Shown: one piece after another, positions 46,304 through 56,159 of the stretch | Numbering within the stretch: position 1 is the first letter of the stretch | Layout: each line of letters begins with the position of its first letter | Assembly (NCBI GenBank): GCA_965215295.1 | Contig: OZ244045.1 | Span: 1,581,518-1,645,517, forward strand | Source of the DNA: Gammaproteobacteria bacterium | GTDB lineage: Bacteria; Pseudomonadota; Gammaproteobacteria; HK1 | Direction of reading: 5' to 3' | Length of the DNA: 64,000 nucleotides | Notes under the pieces: model-generated | The model's database searches: none | What the model saw: the letters and a program-made list of their open reading frames with translations, nothing else | Told to the model about the DNA's origin: nothing | Position numbers and translations under genes: made by a program

Positions 46304-46702
46304 ATGAACGACTTCAAAGACCATGAGCGCGAGCTGTGGCTTGCGCATGATCCGCGCGTGTACTACCTGCTGTACACGGTGCGCGCCCGCCGGCTCCAGT
46401 CCGAGGCGGTCGGCCACGCGCTCGGTGTGGCGGGACGTTTTCTCGCCCGGATCGGGGCCGTCGCATACCGCCGGATTGCCGCTGCGCTCCGCAAGCGACG
46501 GACGATCGCGCAGCTCCGGCGGCTCGACGACCACCTGCTTTCCGACATCGGCATCGACCGCGGGCAGATCCCCATGATCGCGCAGGGGCTGATCGCACCG
46601 AGCGGCGAGGCGCCGCGGCGGACCATCCCCTCCGGGACGTGTCCGCCGGAGTATCGCGGCGACACCGCGAACGACGCGAAGCCGCCGGCACTCGCCGCCT
46701 GA
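46304..46702 (+). CDS. DUF1127 domain protein
   Basis: RRTIAQLRRLDDHLLSDIGIDRGQI is the DUF1127 signature. ATG after GGACGGAG. Confidence 0.8.
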   Translation: MNDFKDHERELWLAHDPRVYYLLYTVRARRLQSEAVGHALGVAGRFLARIGAVAYRRIAAALRKRRTIAQLRRLDDHLLSDIGIDRGQIPMIAQGLIAPSGEAPRRTIPSGTCPPEYRGDTANDAKPPALAA

Positions 46703-47087
46703 CGCGACGGCGCCGTCAACGGTTCGGCAGGGGCCGGAGGCTCTGCGGTCGGCCCTCCCTCCCCGACCGGAATCCTCCGGCCCGTCTGCCGAAGCCGGCA
46801 AGAACCGCCGCGACCGTGCCTCGCGAACCGGGGCAGGGTCGCTCCGGAACCGGATGCCACGGCATCGCGGAAGCACCGTCAACGGTGACGCGAAGCCGCC
46901 GGCGCTCGCCGCCTGACGCGACGGCGCCGCCAACGGTTCGGCAGGGGCCGGAGGCTCTGCGGTCGGCCCTCCCTCCCCGACCGGAATCCTCCGGCCCATC
47001 TGCCGAAGCCGGCAAGAGCCGCCCCGGCCGTGCCTCGCGAGCCGGGGCAGGGTCGCTCCGGAACCGGATGCCACGGCGTCGCGGATC
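46673..47087. repeat. 214-bp tandem duplication (1.9 copies) that starts inside the last 10 codons of the DUF1127 gene and includes its stop
   Basis: GACGCGAAGCCGCCGGC(A/G)CTCGCCGCCTGACGCGACGGCGCC at 46673 and 46887. Copies are collinear with few substitutions. Confidence 0.9.
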
Positions 47088-47254
47088 GGACGCTCCCCGT
47101 CCCGGCGTCCGGCGGCGCGTTCCCTCCGCCGCACCCTTGCGACGCCTGCGCGGACTCTCCACCATTGCGCCCCTCCCGGGGAGGGGCCGCCACCATCACC
47201 GCTCGACAGTCACTCGCGCTTCGGGTCAACGACCGGTTCTTCTACGGCTGGGCG

Positions 47255-48481
47255 ATGCTCGCCATCGCCTCGCTCGCGATGTTCGCGAGCGGCCCCGGAC
47301 AGTCGCATACCTTCAGCGTCTTCCTGCTGCCGATCTCCGAGGATCTGGGCATCTCCCGGACCTCGGTGGCGAGCGCCTATGCGTTCGCCACCCTGGTCGC
47401 CGCCTTCGGATTGCCGCACATCGGGAGGCTGGTCGACCGCCACGGCGTGCGCACCGTGCTGATCGGGGTGGGGGCCGCGTTCGGGACCGCGGCGGTCGCG
47501 TTCGGTGCGGTCAACGGATTCGTGCTGCTGACCTTCGGGTTCGCCGCGCTGCGATTCTTCGGGCAGGGCTCGCTGATGCTCTGCGCGGGGAACCTCGCGT
47601 CGCAGTGGTTCGACCGCAGGCGCGGCCTCGCCCTCAGCCTGATCGTGCTCGGATTCTCGCTGAGCGTCGCGGTGCATCCGCCGCTCGCGCAGTGGCTGAC
47701 CGATGCCTTCGGCTGGCGGATGGCGTGGGTGGCGATGGGAGTGGCGACGTGGCTGTTGCTGCTGCCGCCGGTCCTGCTGCTCGTCTTCGACCGGCCGGAG
47801 GCGCTCGGACTCCGGCCCGACGGACCCGACGGACCGGCCGGGGACGCCGCGCCGCCGCGCCCGGAAGTCCCGGGCGACGGCGCCGTGGTCGGCCTGAGCC
47901 TTCCCGAAGCGAAGCGCACCGGCGCGTTCCGGATCATCCTGGCGTCCAACTGCTCGTTCTCGGCGCTGGTGACCGCGATGTTCTTCCACCAGGTATCGGT
48001 GTTCGAGGCCCAGGGTCTCGACGCCGCCACCGCGGCCTCGATGTTCTCCATCTCCGCCGTGATCATGGTGATCGCGACGCCCCTCGTCGGCATCCTGCTC
48101 GACCGGTATCCCACGAAGCCGCTCTATGCGGCGGCGCTGCTGTCGGTCGGCGTCTCGCTCGTCGCGATGAGCTTGGTGAGCGACCTCCGCAGCGCCATCG
48201 TGTTCAGCGTCCTCTTCGGAGTGGCCAACGCGGCGATGCACGCGCACTTCACCTTCGTCTGGCCGAAGTTCTTCGGCCGCCGGCATCTCGGATCGATTCA
48301 GGGGTTCGCCCAGATGGGCGCCGTGATCGGCGCGTCGGTGGGTCCGATTCCCCTCGGATTCGGATACGACCATTTCGGCGGCTACGGCGGCACGCTGGTG
48401 GCCCTGGCCGCGATTCCGGTCGCGTGCGCCGTCGCGGTGGCGTTCATGCGCGCGCCGCACCTGGACGGAGCCCGGGCCTGA
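47255..48481 (+). CDS. MFS transporter
   Basis: 12-TM-like hydrophobic profile. The first in-frame ATG is 47255, but conserved-looking RFFYGW lies just upstream, so a non-ATG start is possible. Confidence 0.75.
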   Translation: MLAIASLAMFASGPGQSHTFSVFLLPISEDLGISRTSVASAYAFATLVAAFGLPHIGRLVDRHGVRTVLIGVGAAFGTAAVAFGAVNGFVLLTFGFAALRFFGQGSLMLCAGNLASQWFDRRRGLALSLIVLGFSLSVAVHPPLAQWLTDAFGWRMAWVAMGVATWLLLLPPVLLLVFDRPEALGLRPDGPDGPAGDAAPPRPEVPGDGAVVGLSLPEAKRTGAFRIILASNCSFSALVTAMFFHQVSVFEAQGLDAATAASMFSISAVIMVIATPLVGILLDRYPTKPLYAAALLSVGVSLVAMSLVSDLRSAIVFSVLFGVANAAMHAHFTFVWPKFFGRRHLGSIQGFAQMGAVIGASVGPIPLGFGYDHFGGYGGTLVALAAIPVACAVAVAFMRAPHLDGARA

Positions 48482-48502
48482 TTCGTCGACCGACGCCGGC
48501 GC

Positions 48503-49300
48503 CTATCTCGACAGCAGGTCCGCCCGCACCACCTCGTTGGCCGGGGCGGCGGCGGGAGCGAGGTCCTTGCGCCGCTGCCGGAAATTGAAGCTGACGCTGA
48601 TTCGCTCGGCGCCGCGGACACCTTCCTCGTCCGCCGCCGCGCTGTCGCCCGGCGCGTTCCCGTCGTCGTCCGGGGCCGGGGCCCGGGCCGTCGCCGGGTC
48701 GGCACTCGCCATGTTCGGGTGCGTGGAGTGGACGAGCCATCCGGGAAAGGCGATGAGGCGCCCGGCCACCGGCTGGTAAAAGGCTTCCGCCCAGGTGTGC
48801 GGGGAGCGGCGCTTCGGATCGAAGTACGGAGTGATCACGTGGGCTTGGGGGCGGGGGTCGGTGAGGCAGAGCAGGCCGCAGTCGTCGGGGGCGCGGACGT
48901 AGTAGACCCCGCTCCACAGCGCGTGCGGATGGGTGTGATGGCGATTGAAGGCGCCGCGCGGATTCACGTTCGCCCACATCGAGTCGCACACCGGCTCGTA
49001 GTCGTCGTCGTAGCCCTGGTCCGTGAACACGCCGTGCATCAGCTCGAAGATCTCGCGGGTGAGGCCGGTGAACTCCGCTCGCAGGTGCATGTCGGTCGCG
49101 CTGTGCCAACCGCCGAGCTGCGGCGTGTTCGACCGGAACGTCCCGCCGGGGTCCCGGTCCCGCCATGCGCGGATGTCCGCGACGAGACGCGCGTTGAGGT
49201 CCTGCGCCCGGGCAAGATCGGTGTAGTAGACCGGCGTCGGGAAGAAGTAGTCCCGCGCCATGCGCTTCCCGCTTGCGGTCGGGGCGGTATCGTCCGTCAT
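48503..49300 (-). CDS. 2OG-Fe(II) oxygenase-like protein (TIGR02466-type)
   Basis: FFPTPVYYTDL, NRHHTHPHALWSGVYYV, FPGWLVHS and RISVSFNF fit my memory of this family. Start 49300 or 49261. Low-complexity insert before the last strand. Confidence 0.6.
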   Translation of the reverse strand: MTDDTAPTASGKRMARDYFFPTPVYYTDLARAQDLNARLVADIRAWRDRDPGGTFRSNTPQLGGWHSATDMHLRAEFTGLTREIFELMHGVFTDQGYDDDYEPVCDSMWANVNPRGAFNRHHTHPHALWSGVYYVRAPDDCGLLCLTDPRPQAHVITPYFDPKRRSPHTWAEAFYQPVAGRLIAFPGWLVHSTHPNMASADPATARAPAPDDDGNAPGDSAAADEEGVRGAERISVSFNFRQRRKDLAPAAAPANEVVRADLLSR

Positions 49301-49624
49301 CGTTCGCGTCCGGTGCGGCGTCGCCATTCCCGATGCATCGCCCAGTGGCGGCGATGCGGGTCGTCGCCAATCATGTCACTTCATCATCCGGATACGCCAC
49401 GTCCGGTGCCCGGGCGCGCCGTCTGTCCGCCATCGGGCGCCCGGCGCCGAACCCTTGCCATCGCCCGCGACGGATGGAACATTTCGCACCGCGCTCTCCC
49501 GGCAGGGCCGCTGGCGGGGCGAGCGTTCGGCATGTCCCGCCGCGATCGCCCGCCCCGACCAGGAACCCGGTCGCCGAATCCGGTCAAAGGAACGTTTCGA
49601 ACATACGGCAAGGAAATTCCACGA

Positions 49625-51799
49625 ATGTCATCGACCCCCCCGATTGCGCCCCGCAAGCCGGCCGTCCGTTCCCCCCTGCACGGCCGCCGCCGCACCGACG
49701 ACTACGCCTGGCTCAGGGACGAGCACTGGCAGCAGGTGATGCGCGATCCGGCGGTCCTGCGCGCGGACATCCGGGCCTACCTCGAAGCGGAGAACGCCTA
49801 CAAGGATGCGGCGCTCGCACCCGCCGAGGCGCTCCGCACCGCGCTCTTCGACGAGTTCCGCGGCCGCATCAGGGAGGACGACTCCAGTGTCCCCGCGAGG
49901 GACGGCGGATGGGAGTACTACCACCGCTATCGTGAAGGCGGCCAGCACCCGGTAGTGTGCCGGCGTCCGGCCGGCGTCGCCGGCCGCGACGCCGCGGACG
50001 GCGAGAGCCGCGACCTCTCCGGGCCCATCGCGGGCGCCGCCGCCGATGCCACGGCCGGCGACCCCGCCGGGGAGCAGATCCTGCTCGACGGGGACGCGGA
50101 AGCCGAGGGGAAGAGCTACTACCGCGTGGGCGGCCACGGTCATTCCCTGAACCACCGGCGGTTCGCCTGGACCGTCGACGAGAACGGGTCGGAGTTCTTC
50201 ACCCTGAAGGTCAAGGATCTCGGGACCGGGAAGGAGCTCGACGACGTCATCGAGCGGTGCTCGGGGGGGTTCGCGTGGGCCGCGGACCACCGGACGCTGT
50301 TCTGCACCGTGCTCGACGACAATCACCGCCCCTGCAAGGTGCTGCGCCACCGCCTCGGCACCGAAGCCGCGGCCGACGCCGTCGTCTACGAAGAGCCGGA
50401 CGCCGGGTTCTTCCTCGACGTGGCGCTCACCGAGTCGCGCCGGTTCGTGGTGATCGACGCGCACGACCACGTCACCAGCGAGGTGCGGCTCATCGAGGCG
50501 GGGCGGCCCGATGCCGCGCCGGTCCTGATCGCCGAGCGAGACCCGAACACCGAGTACGACGTCTCCCACCACGGGGACCGGCTCATCATCCTCACCAACG
50601 CCGACGGCGCCGAGGACTTCAGGATCGTCGAGGCGCCGGTCGCGTCGCCGGGACGCGCGCACTGGGTCGATCTCGTGCCGCATCGCCCCGGGGTCCTGAT
50701 CACCGGCTTCGAGGTGTACGCGCGGTGGCTGGTGCGCCTGGAGCGCGAGAACGCCCTGCCCCGCATCGTGGTGCGGGACCTGGAAAGCGGCGAGGAGCAC
50801 GCGATCGCGTTCGAGGAGGAGGCGTACAGCCTCGGACTCGCCGGCGGCTACGAGTTCGACACCGACACGCTGCGGTTCGCGTACTCCTCGATGACCACGC
50901 CCGAGCACGTCTTCGACTACGACATGCGCACCCGGGAGCGAATCGTGCGCAAGGTGCAGGAAGTCCCGAGCGGCCACGACCCCGCCGACTACGTCACCCG
51001 CCGCATCATGGCCGTGTCGCACGACGGGGAGGCGGTGCCCGTTTCGGTGCTTCATCGCAAGGACACCGCCATCGACGGCTCCGCGCCCCTGCTCCTCTAC
51101 GGGTACGGGTCCTACGGAATGTCGATGCCGGCATCGTTCGGCACCACGCGCCTGAGCCTCGTCGACCGGGGCTTCGTCTACGCCATCGCGCACGTGCGCG
51201 GCGGCACCGAGCGCGGCTACGCCTGGTACACCGGCGGCAAGCTCGAGAAGAAGACCAACACCTTCCACGACTTCATCGCGGCCGCCCACGCGCTCGCCGA
51301 TCGCGGCTTCACCCGCCGCGGCCGCATCGCCATCCACGGCGGCAGCGCCGGGGGCCTGCTGGTCGGAGCGTGCGCGAACATGGCGCCGGAGCTGTTCCAC
51401 GCGGTGGTCGCCGAGGTGCCGTTCGTCGACGTGCTCAACACCATCTGCGACGACACCCTGCCGCTCACCCCGCCGGAGTGGCCGGAGTGGGGCAACCCGA
51501 TCGAGAGCGAGGCGGCGTACGACCGCATCGCCGCGTACAGCCCCTACGACAACGTCGAGGCGAAGGACTACCCGCACATCATCGCCACCGCCGGACTCAC
51601 CGACCCCCGCGTCACCTGGTGGGAGCCCGCGAAGTGGGTGGCGAAGCTCCGGGCGACCAGGACCGACGATCGCCTGCTGGTGCTGCACACCAACATGGAG
51701 GCGGGGCACGGGGGCGCGGCGGGACGGTTCGACCGGCTCGAGGAGACCGCGCTCGTCTACGCGTTCGTGCTCCACGTGTTCGGCGTCGGGGCCGAGTGA
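49625..51799 (+). CDS. ptrB: oligopeptidase B (S9A prolyl oligopeptidase family)
   Basis: 724 aa. N-terminus HGRRRTDDYAWLRD, catalytic GGSAGGLLVGA, C-terminal HGG. Confidence 0.9.
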   Translation: MSSTPPIAPRKPAVRSPLHGRRRTDDYAWLRDEHWQQVMRDPAVLRADIRAYLEAENAYKDAALAPAEALRTALFDEFRGRIREDDSSVPARDGGWEYYHRYREGGQHPVVCRRPAGVAGRDAADGESRDLSGPIAGAAADATAGDPAGEQILLDGDAEAEGKSYYRVGGHGHSLNHRRFAWTVDENGSEFFTLKVKDLGTGKELDDVIERCSGGFAWAADHRTLFCTVLDDNHRPCKVLRHRLGTEAAADAVVYEEPDAGFFLDVALTESRRFVVIDAHDHVTSEVRLIEAGRPDAAPVLIAERDPNTEYDVSHHGDRLIILTNADGAEDFRIVEAPVASPGRAHWVDLVPHRPGVLITGFEVYARWLVRLERENALPRIVVRDLESGEEHAIAFEEEAYSLGLAGGYEFDTDTLRFAYSSMTTPEHVFDYDMRTRERIVRKVQEVPSGHDPADYVTRRIMAVSHDGEAVPVSVLHRKDTAIDGSAPLLLYGYGSYGMSMPASFGTTRLSLVDRGFVYAIAHVRGGTERGYAWYTGGKLEKKTNTFHDFIAAAHALADRGFTRRGRIAIHGGSAGGLLVGACANMAPELFHAVVAEVPFVDVLNTICDDTLPLTPPEWPEWGNPIESEAAYDRIAAYSPYDNVEAKDYPHIIATAGLTDPRVTWWEPAKWVAKLRATRTDDRLLVLHTNMEAGHGGAAGRFDRLEETALVYAFVLHVFGVGAE

Positions 51800-51801
51800 C
51801 G

Positions 51802-52620
51802 TCACCCCGTCTTCGCGGACGGGTCCGCGCTTTCTCCGACCTTCGCGGACAGGCCGGCGCTTTCTCCGGCACCACCGCGCCGGCGACCATCGACGGGTCC
51901 GGGCCGGGAGCCGCGGTTTCCGGGCGAACCCAGGAGCTGGTCGAGAAACCCGTCGAGCCACCGCTCGCTGGCGCCCGCGTGGCGCGCGTAGCCTTCGAGC
52001 TGGGTCTCGCGGCCTTGGGCACCGGGGCGGTCGAGCCTCGCCGATCTATCGTCCGGGCCGCACCACGACTCGATCATCTCGCGGGTCATCTCGGGGTGGA
52101 ACTCGATGCCGTACACATGCTCCCGGTATCGAAACGCCTGGCCCGGAAACAGGGCGTTCTCCGCCAGGTGGACCGCGTCGCGCGGGATCTCGAACATCTC
52201 CCGGTGCCACTGGTAGAACATCGTCGGCGCCGCCAGAAACCGCGGGCAACGCCCGGTCGGACGCACCTCGCAGTATCCGATCTCGACCAGGCCGTCCGGA
52301 TGGGGTCCGACCCGCGCGCCGAGCACCCGGGCGATCTGCTGGCCGCCCAAGCAGATCCCGAGCAGCGGCACGCCGCTCGGCAGCGCAACGCCTTCGAGCC
52401 AGTCGAGCTCGGCCCGGATGCCGGGATCGTGGTCGTCGTTCGCACTCTGCGGCCCGCCGAACACGATGGCCGCGGCGTACCCGGACAGGTCCCCGGGCAG
52501 CGTGTCGCCGTGGCACGGCCGGCGGGCGTCGACCTCGAAGCCGCGGGCGGCAAGGCGCTCGCCGAGCTTGCCGGCGGTGGAGTCCCGGCCGTGGAAGACG
52601 GCGATCATCCTGTCCGCCAT
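51802..52620 (-). CDS. class I glutamine amidotransferase
   Basis: Trimmed to ATG 52620. Nucleophile LLGICLGGQ, catalytic EFHPE. 272 aa. Stop lies 2 nt from the convergent ptrB stop. Confidence 0.85.
   Translation of the reverse strand: MADRMIAVFHGRDSTAGKLGERLAARGFEVDARRPCHGDTLPGDLSGYAAAIVFGGPQSANDDHDPGIRAELDWLEGVALPSGVPLLGICLGGQQIARVLGARVGPHPDGLVEIGYCEVRPTGRCPRFLAAPTMFYQWHREMFEIPRDAVHLAENALFPGQAFRYREHVYGIEFHPEMTREMIESWCGPDDRSARLDRPGAQGRETQLEGYARHAGASERWLDGFLDQLLGSPGNRGSRPGPVDGRRRGGAGESAGLSAKVGESADPSAKTG
51811..51870. repeat. 30-bp in-frame tandem duplication in the amidotransferase C-terminal tail
   Basis: CTTCGCGGAC(G/A)GG(T/C)C(C/G)GCGCTTTCTCCG at 51811 and 51841, encoding GESAGLSAKV / GESADPSAKT. 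Confidence 0.8.
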
Positions 52621-52735
52621 TGCGTATGCTCCTCCTCCGGGCACATCCGTGCACGACCCCGGTGGGAGAGCTTGCCATCCGCCCCGCCGGGATGGCCAGC
52701 GATGCCGTAGCGGGAGGTGGGAACCTCCCGCCGTT

Positions 52736-52846
52736 CCGGGAACGGCATTCCGAAGATCCGGAGGCCGGTACCCCCGGTGAGGAAGTACGAGAGCCGGCAC
52801 CGGGGCGGCTCCGGAACGGCATCCCGAAGATCCGGAGGCCGGTGCC
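52736..52846. repeat. direct repeat, two ~37-bp copies 75 bp apart
   Basis: CCGG(G)AACGGCAT(T/C)CCGAAGATCCGGAGGCCGGT(A/G)CC at 52736 and 52811, in the divergent region between the amidotransferase and uxaA-like genes. Confidence 0.75.
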
Positions 52847-52931
52847 GGCCATGCCGGGCCGCACGGCAACGCAAACGGCGCTATAGTCCGCGCCGGTCGA
52901 GAGGCGCGACAATCAGGAACGGAGGAACGCA

Positions 52932-53213
52932 ATGATCGATTTCGTGGTGCATGACGAGGGCGACAGCGTCGGGGTCGTCGTGGTCGAGGGGGTCGAGTCG
53001 GGAGCCGAGCTGACCGGCTGGATCATGGACCAGGACAAGGAGATCGCCTTCAGGGCGGCGAGCGACATCCCCATCGGGCACAAGCTCGCGATCAAGCCGA
53101 TGAGCACCGGCGACACCGTGATCAAGTACGGCGTCGACATCGGCCGGGTGGTGGCGGACATCGCGGTGGGCGAGCACGCGCACGTGCACAACATCAAGAC
53201 CAAGCGCTGGTAG
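52932..53213 (+). CDS. UxaA family hydrolase, SAF-domain small subunit
   Basis: 93 aa. [26 protein letters not shown]...[11 protein letters not shown] after GGAGGAA. Confidence 0.85.
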   Translation: MIDFVVHDEGDSVGVVVVEGVESGAELTGWIMDQDKEIAFRAASDIPIGHKLAIKPMSTGDTVIKYGVDIGRVVADIAVGEHAHVHNIKTKRW

Positions 53214-53224
53214 GAGGCGACGAC

Positions 53225-54400
53225 ATGGCAATGGATCTGGCAAACGCGACGTTCCGGGGCTACCGCCGCGAGAACGGCCGGACGGGCGTGCGCAACCACG
53301 TGATCGTCCTTCCCGTCGACGACCTCTCGAACGCGGCGTGCGAGGCGGTGGCGAACAACATCAAGGGCACGATGGCGATCCCCCACCCCTACGGACGCCT
53401 GCAGTTCGGCGCGGACCTGGAACTGCACTTCCGCACCCTGATCGGCACCGGCTCCAACCCCAACGTCGCCGCGGTGGTGGTGATCGGGATCGAGGAAGGC
53501 TGGACCCGGCGCGTGGTGGACGGCATCGCCGAGACCGGCAAGCCGGTCACCGGCTACGGCATCGAGCTGCATGGCGACCACGAGACGATCATGCGGGCGT
53601 CGAAGACCGCGCGCGAGTACGTGCAGTGGGCGTCGGAGCTCGTCCGCGAGGAGACGCCGCTCGCGGACCTGTGGGTATCGACCAAGTGCGGGGAGTCGGA
53701 CACCACCTCGGGTTGCGGGGCCAACCCCACCGTCGGCAACGCCTTCGACAAGCTCTACCGGCACGGCACCACCCTGGTGTTCGGGGAGACCACGGAGATC
53801 ACCGGCGGCGAGCACCTGGTGGCGGACCGGTGCCGCACCCCCGAGGTCCGCGAGCGGTTCATGTTCATGTTCGACCGCTACCAGGAGCTCGTCGAGCGGC
53901 ACAAGACCAGCGATCTCTCGGAGTCCCAGCCCACCAAGGGCAACATCGCGGGCGGGCTCACCACCATCGAGGAGAAGGCGCTCGGCAACATCCAGAAGAT
54001 CGGCCGCGAGTGCCTGATCGACGGGGTGCTCGACAAGGCGGAGACACCGGACGGCCCGGGGCTGTGGTTCATGGACTCGTCCTCGGCCGCGGCGGAGATG
54101 GTGACCCTGTGCGCCGCGTCCGGGTTCGTGGTGCACTTCTTCCCCACCGGCCAGGGCAACATCATCGGCAACCCCATCCTCCCGAACGTCAAGATCTGCG
54201 CGAACCCGCGCACCGTGCGCACCATGGGCGAGCACGTGGACGTCGACGTGTCGGGCCTGCTGCGCAAGGAGATGACGCCGGACGAGGCCGGCGACGCGCT
54301 GCTGGAGATGATGCTCCGCACCGCGAACGGAAGGCTCACCGCGGCGGAGGCCTTGGGCCACCGCGAGTTCGTGCTCACGAGGCTCTACGAGAGCGCCTGA
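53225..54400 (+). CDS. UxaA family (altronate/galactarate dehydratase-like) large subunit
   Basis: 391 aa. [19 protein letters not shown] and [16 protein letters not shown] (Cys cluster). ATG after AGGAGG. Confidence 0.9.
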   Translation: MAMDLANATFRGYRRENGRTGVRNHVIVLPVDDLSNAACEAVANNIKGTMAIPHPYGRLQFGADLELHFRTLIGTGSNPNVAAVVVIGIEEGWTRRVVDGIAETGKPVTGYGIELHGDHETIMRASKTAREYVQWASELVREETPLADLWVSTKCGESDTTSGCGANPTVGNAFDKLYRHGTTLVFGETTEITGGEHLVADRCRTPEVRERFMFMFDRYQELVERHKTSDLSESQPTKGNIAGGLTTIEEKALGNIQKIGRECLIDGVLDKAETPDGPGLWFMDSSSAAAEMVTLCAASGFVVHFFPTGQGNIIGNPILPNVKICANPRTVRTMGEHVDVDVSGLLRKEMTPDEAGDALLEMMLRTANGRLTAAEALGHREFVLTRLYESA

Positions 54401-54683
54401 GCGCGTCACTCCGGCCCGCGAGAGGCTCGGCGCGGCGGCTCGATTCCTCCGTTCAGTACGCCTCTCGGAACGCCTCGTCCGGCAGCTCGCGACGGCGGCG
54501 GGCCACGAACTCGTCGAGCCCTTGGGCGATGCCCTCGTCGAAAGGATTTTCCGGGCCGGGAACGACATCGGTCGAGCCCGCATCGTCCTTGGCAAGGTCC
54601 GGCACGTCATCGAGGCCGGCGGCACTCGGCTCCCGTGACGCAAGGTCACCAAGGTGCAACACTATTGGCCGGAAGTGAACGCA

Positions 54684-54845
54684 ATGACCGAACCGATGGA
54701 AGTGCGGGAAGACGCGGCGCCCCGTGGACGGGGACGTGAACGGCAGGCTTCGATGTTCAGCCGCGCTACGCCCGGGGAATCGGCCGGTGATGAGGCATGG
54801 GTCGGTGCGACCTTCTTCTCGTCCGAGCGCGGTGCCGTGCAATGA
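54684..54845 (+). CDS. hypothetical 53-aa charged small ORF, translationally coupled to the ATPase
   Basis: ATG 54684 after GGAAG (the track begins it at GTG 54654). Stop overlaps the ATPase ATG (ATGA). No homology recognised. Confidence 0.3.
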   Translation: MTEPMEVREDAAPRGRGRERQASMFSRATPGESAGDEAWVGATFFSSERGAVQ

Positions 54846-56023
54846 CCCCTGAATCGAGTCCGTTCAGGCCGGGACAGCCCGTACCGATCGAGTTCTTCGT
54901 CGGCCGCAGCGCCGAAGTCGAACGCCTGAGCGGCATGGTGGCCGGCAGCACCCGGGGTCGATTCGGGATCGGCTTCGTCAGCGGTGAACGCGGTATCGGC
55001 AAGAGCTCTCTCGCGTCCTTCGTCCTGCGCCTCGTCGAGCGCGAACACGACGCTATGGGGTGCCATGTCTTCCTGGGAGGCGTTCAGGATCTGAAGGAGA
55101 TGCTGCGACGCACCTTCGATCGCCTGTTGAAGGAGAGCATCGACAAGCCTTGGCACAAGCAGGTCAGAGATTTCTTCGGCGATCATGTCCGCAAGGTCGG
55201 CCTCTTCGGCATTTCGCTCGAGCTGAACCTCGCCGATCGCGATCTCTCAGCCATGGAACATCACTTCGTCCCGTCCATCAGACGATTGCTGGACGAGATC
55301 GGGGAGCACAGGAAATCGCTCTTCCTGATTCTCGACGACATCAACGGGCTGGCGGGTTCCAGCGACTTCGCCAACTGGCTGAAAAGCACCGTGGACGAGA
55401 TCGCCACGGCCCGGGAAGCGACGAGGCTCTGCATCCTCGTAGTGGGCCTTGAACAGCGGCGTCACGAGCTGGTAGCGGGTCAACCGTCTCTGGACCGTGT
55501 CTTCGAACTGTTCGACATCGCTCCATGGTCCAACGAGGAAACGTTTGATTTCTACCGGGATTCATTCCTCGCCGGCAATGCGGACATCTCGGAAGAGCAC
55601 TTGCAGCTACTCGTACGGTACTCCGGCGGATTGCCGGTTCTGGCGCATGAAATCGGAGACGCCGTTTGGCGTATCGCTCGCAGGCCGAAGATCGAGGATG
55701 AAGAAATCGCTCTCGGCATTCTCACGGCGGCCGAGGTCATCGGGAGAAAAATGCTGGAGCCCAAAGTTTTCAAAGCTGTCCGCAGCGATCGCTATCGCTC
55801 CATCCTCCGCAAGATAGCGGACCCGCCTGAAATGTACTTCCGCAGGGGTGAGCTTCTGCAACGCCTGACAGGTACGGAGAAGAAGGTTCTGGACAATTTT
55901 CTGCGCCGCATGAGAGATCTGGGGATACTGGAAGCAGATCCTGAAATCCAGGGCGGATACCGCTTTCTCAATCATCTTCACGCCCTGTATTTCTCTATGG
56001 AAGCCCGGCGCATGACGACGTGA
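54842..56023 (+). CDS. orphan AAA+ / STAND-like ATPase with C-terminal winged-helix-like region
   Basis: FVGRSAEVERL...GFVSGERGIGKSSL (Walker A), LFLILDDIN (Walker B). C-terminal LLQRLTGTEKKVLDNFLRRMRDLGIL. GC and third-position GC below host genes by eye. Confidence 0.8.
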   Translation: MTPESSPFRPGQPVPIEFFVGRSAEVERLSGMVAGSTRGRFGIGFVSGERGIGKSSLASFVLRLVEREHDAMGCHVFLGGVQDLKEMLRRTFDRLLKESIDKPWHKQVRDFFGDHVRKVGLFGISLELNLADRDLSAMEHHFVPSIRRLLDEIGEHRKSLFLILDDINGLAGSSDFANWLKSTVDEIATAREATRLCILVVGLEQRRHELVAGQPSLDRVFELFDIAPWSNEETFDFYRDSFLAGNADISEEHLQLLVRYSGGLPVLAHEIGDAVWRIARRPKIEDEEIALGILTAAEVIGRKMLEPKVFKAVRSDRYRSILRKIADPPEMYFRRGELLQRLTGTEKKVLDNFLRRMRDLGILEADPEIQGGYRFLNHLHALYFSMEARRMTT

Positions 56024-56159
56024 ACGACAGGCGGTGCCGGATGATCCCGAAGGAAACCATGCGGATCGTCTCCCCCGAGCGTGCGGAGGCTGTCGTTCGC
56101 CCGCACGGGCGAGAGCTCCCTTCCTGTTCGCGCAACGCGGCTGCTCCGGCCCGTACTGG

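Noticed and set aside
47030-47254. Track start (47030) for the MFS transporter
   Set aside because: The upstream 75 residues are Arg/Pro-rich, lie inside the 214-bp duplication and are not membrane-like. The CDS was trimmed to the first ATG before TM1, although a non-ATG start a few codons upstream cannot be excluded.
54453-54659. Minus-strand ORF tail ...PGPENPFDEGIAQGLDEFVARRRRELPDEAFREAY, faintly reminiscent of ParD-type antitoxin C-termini
   Set aside because: There is no RHH N-terminal part, no ATG with an RBS and no partner toxin, and the similarity is too weak to call. It may be a gene remnant at the edge of the ATPase insertion.
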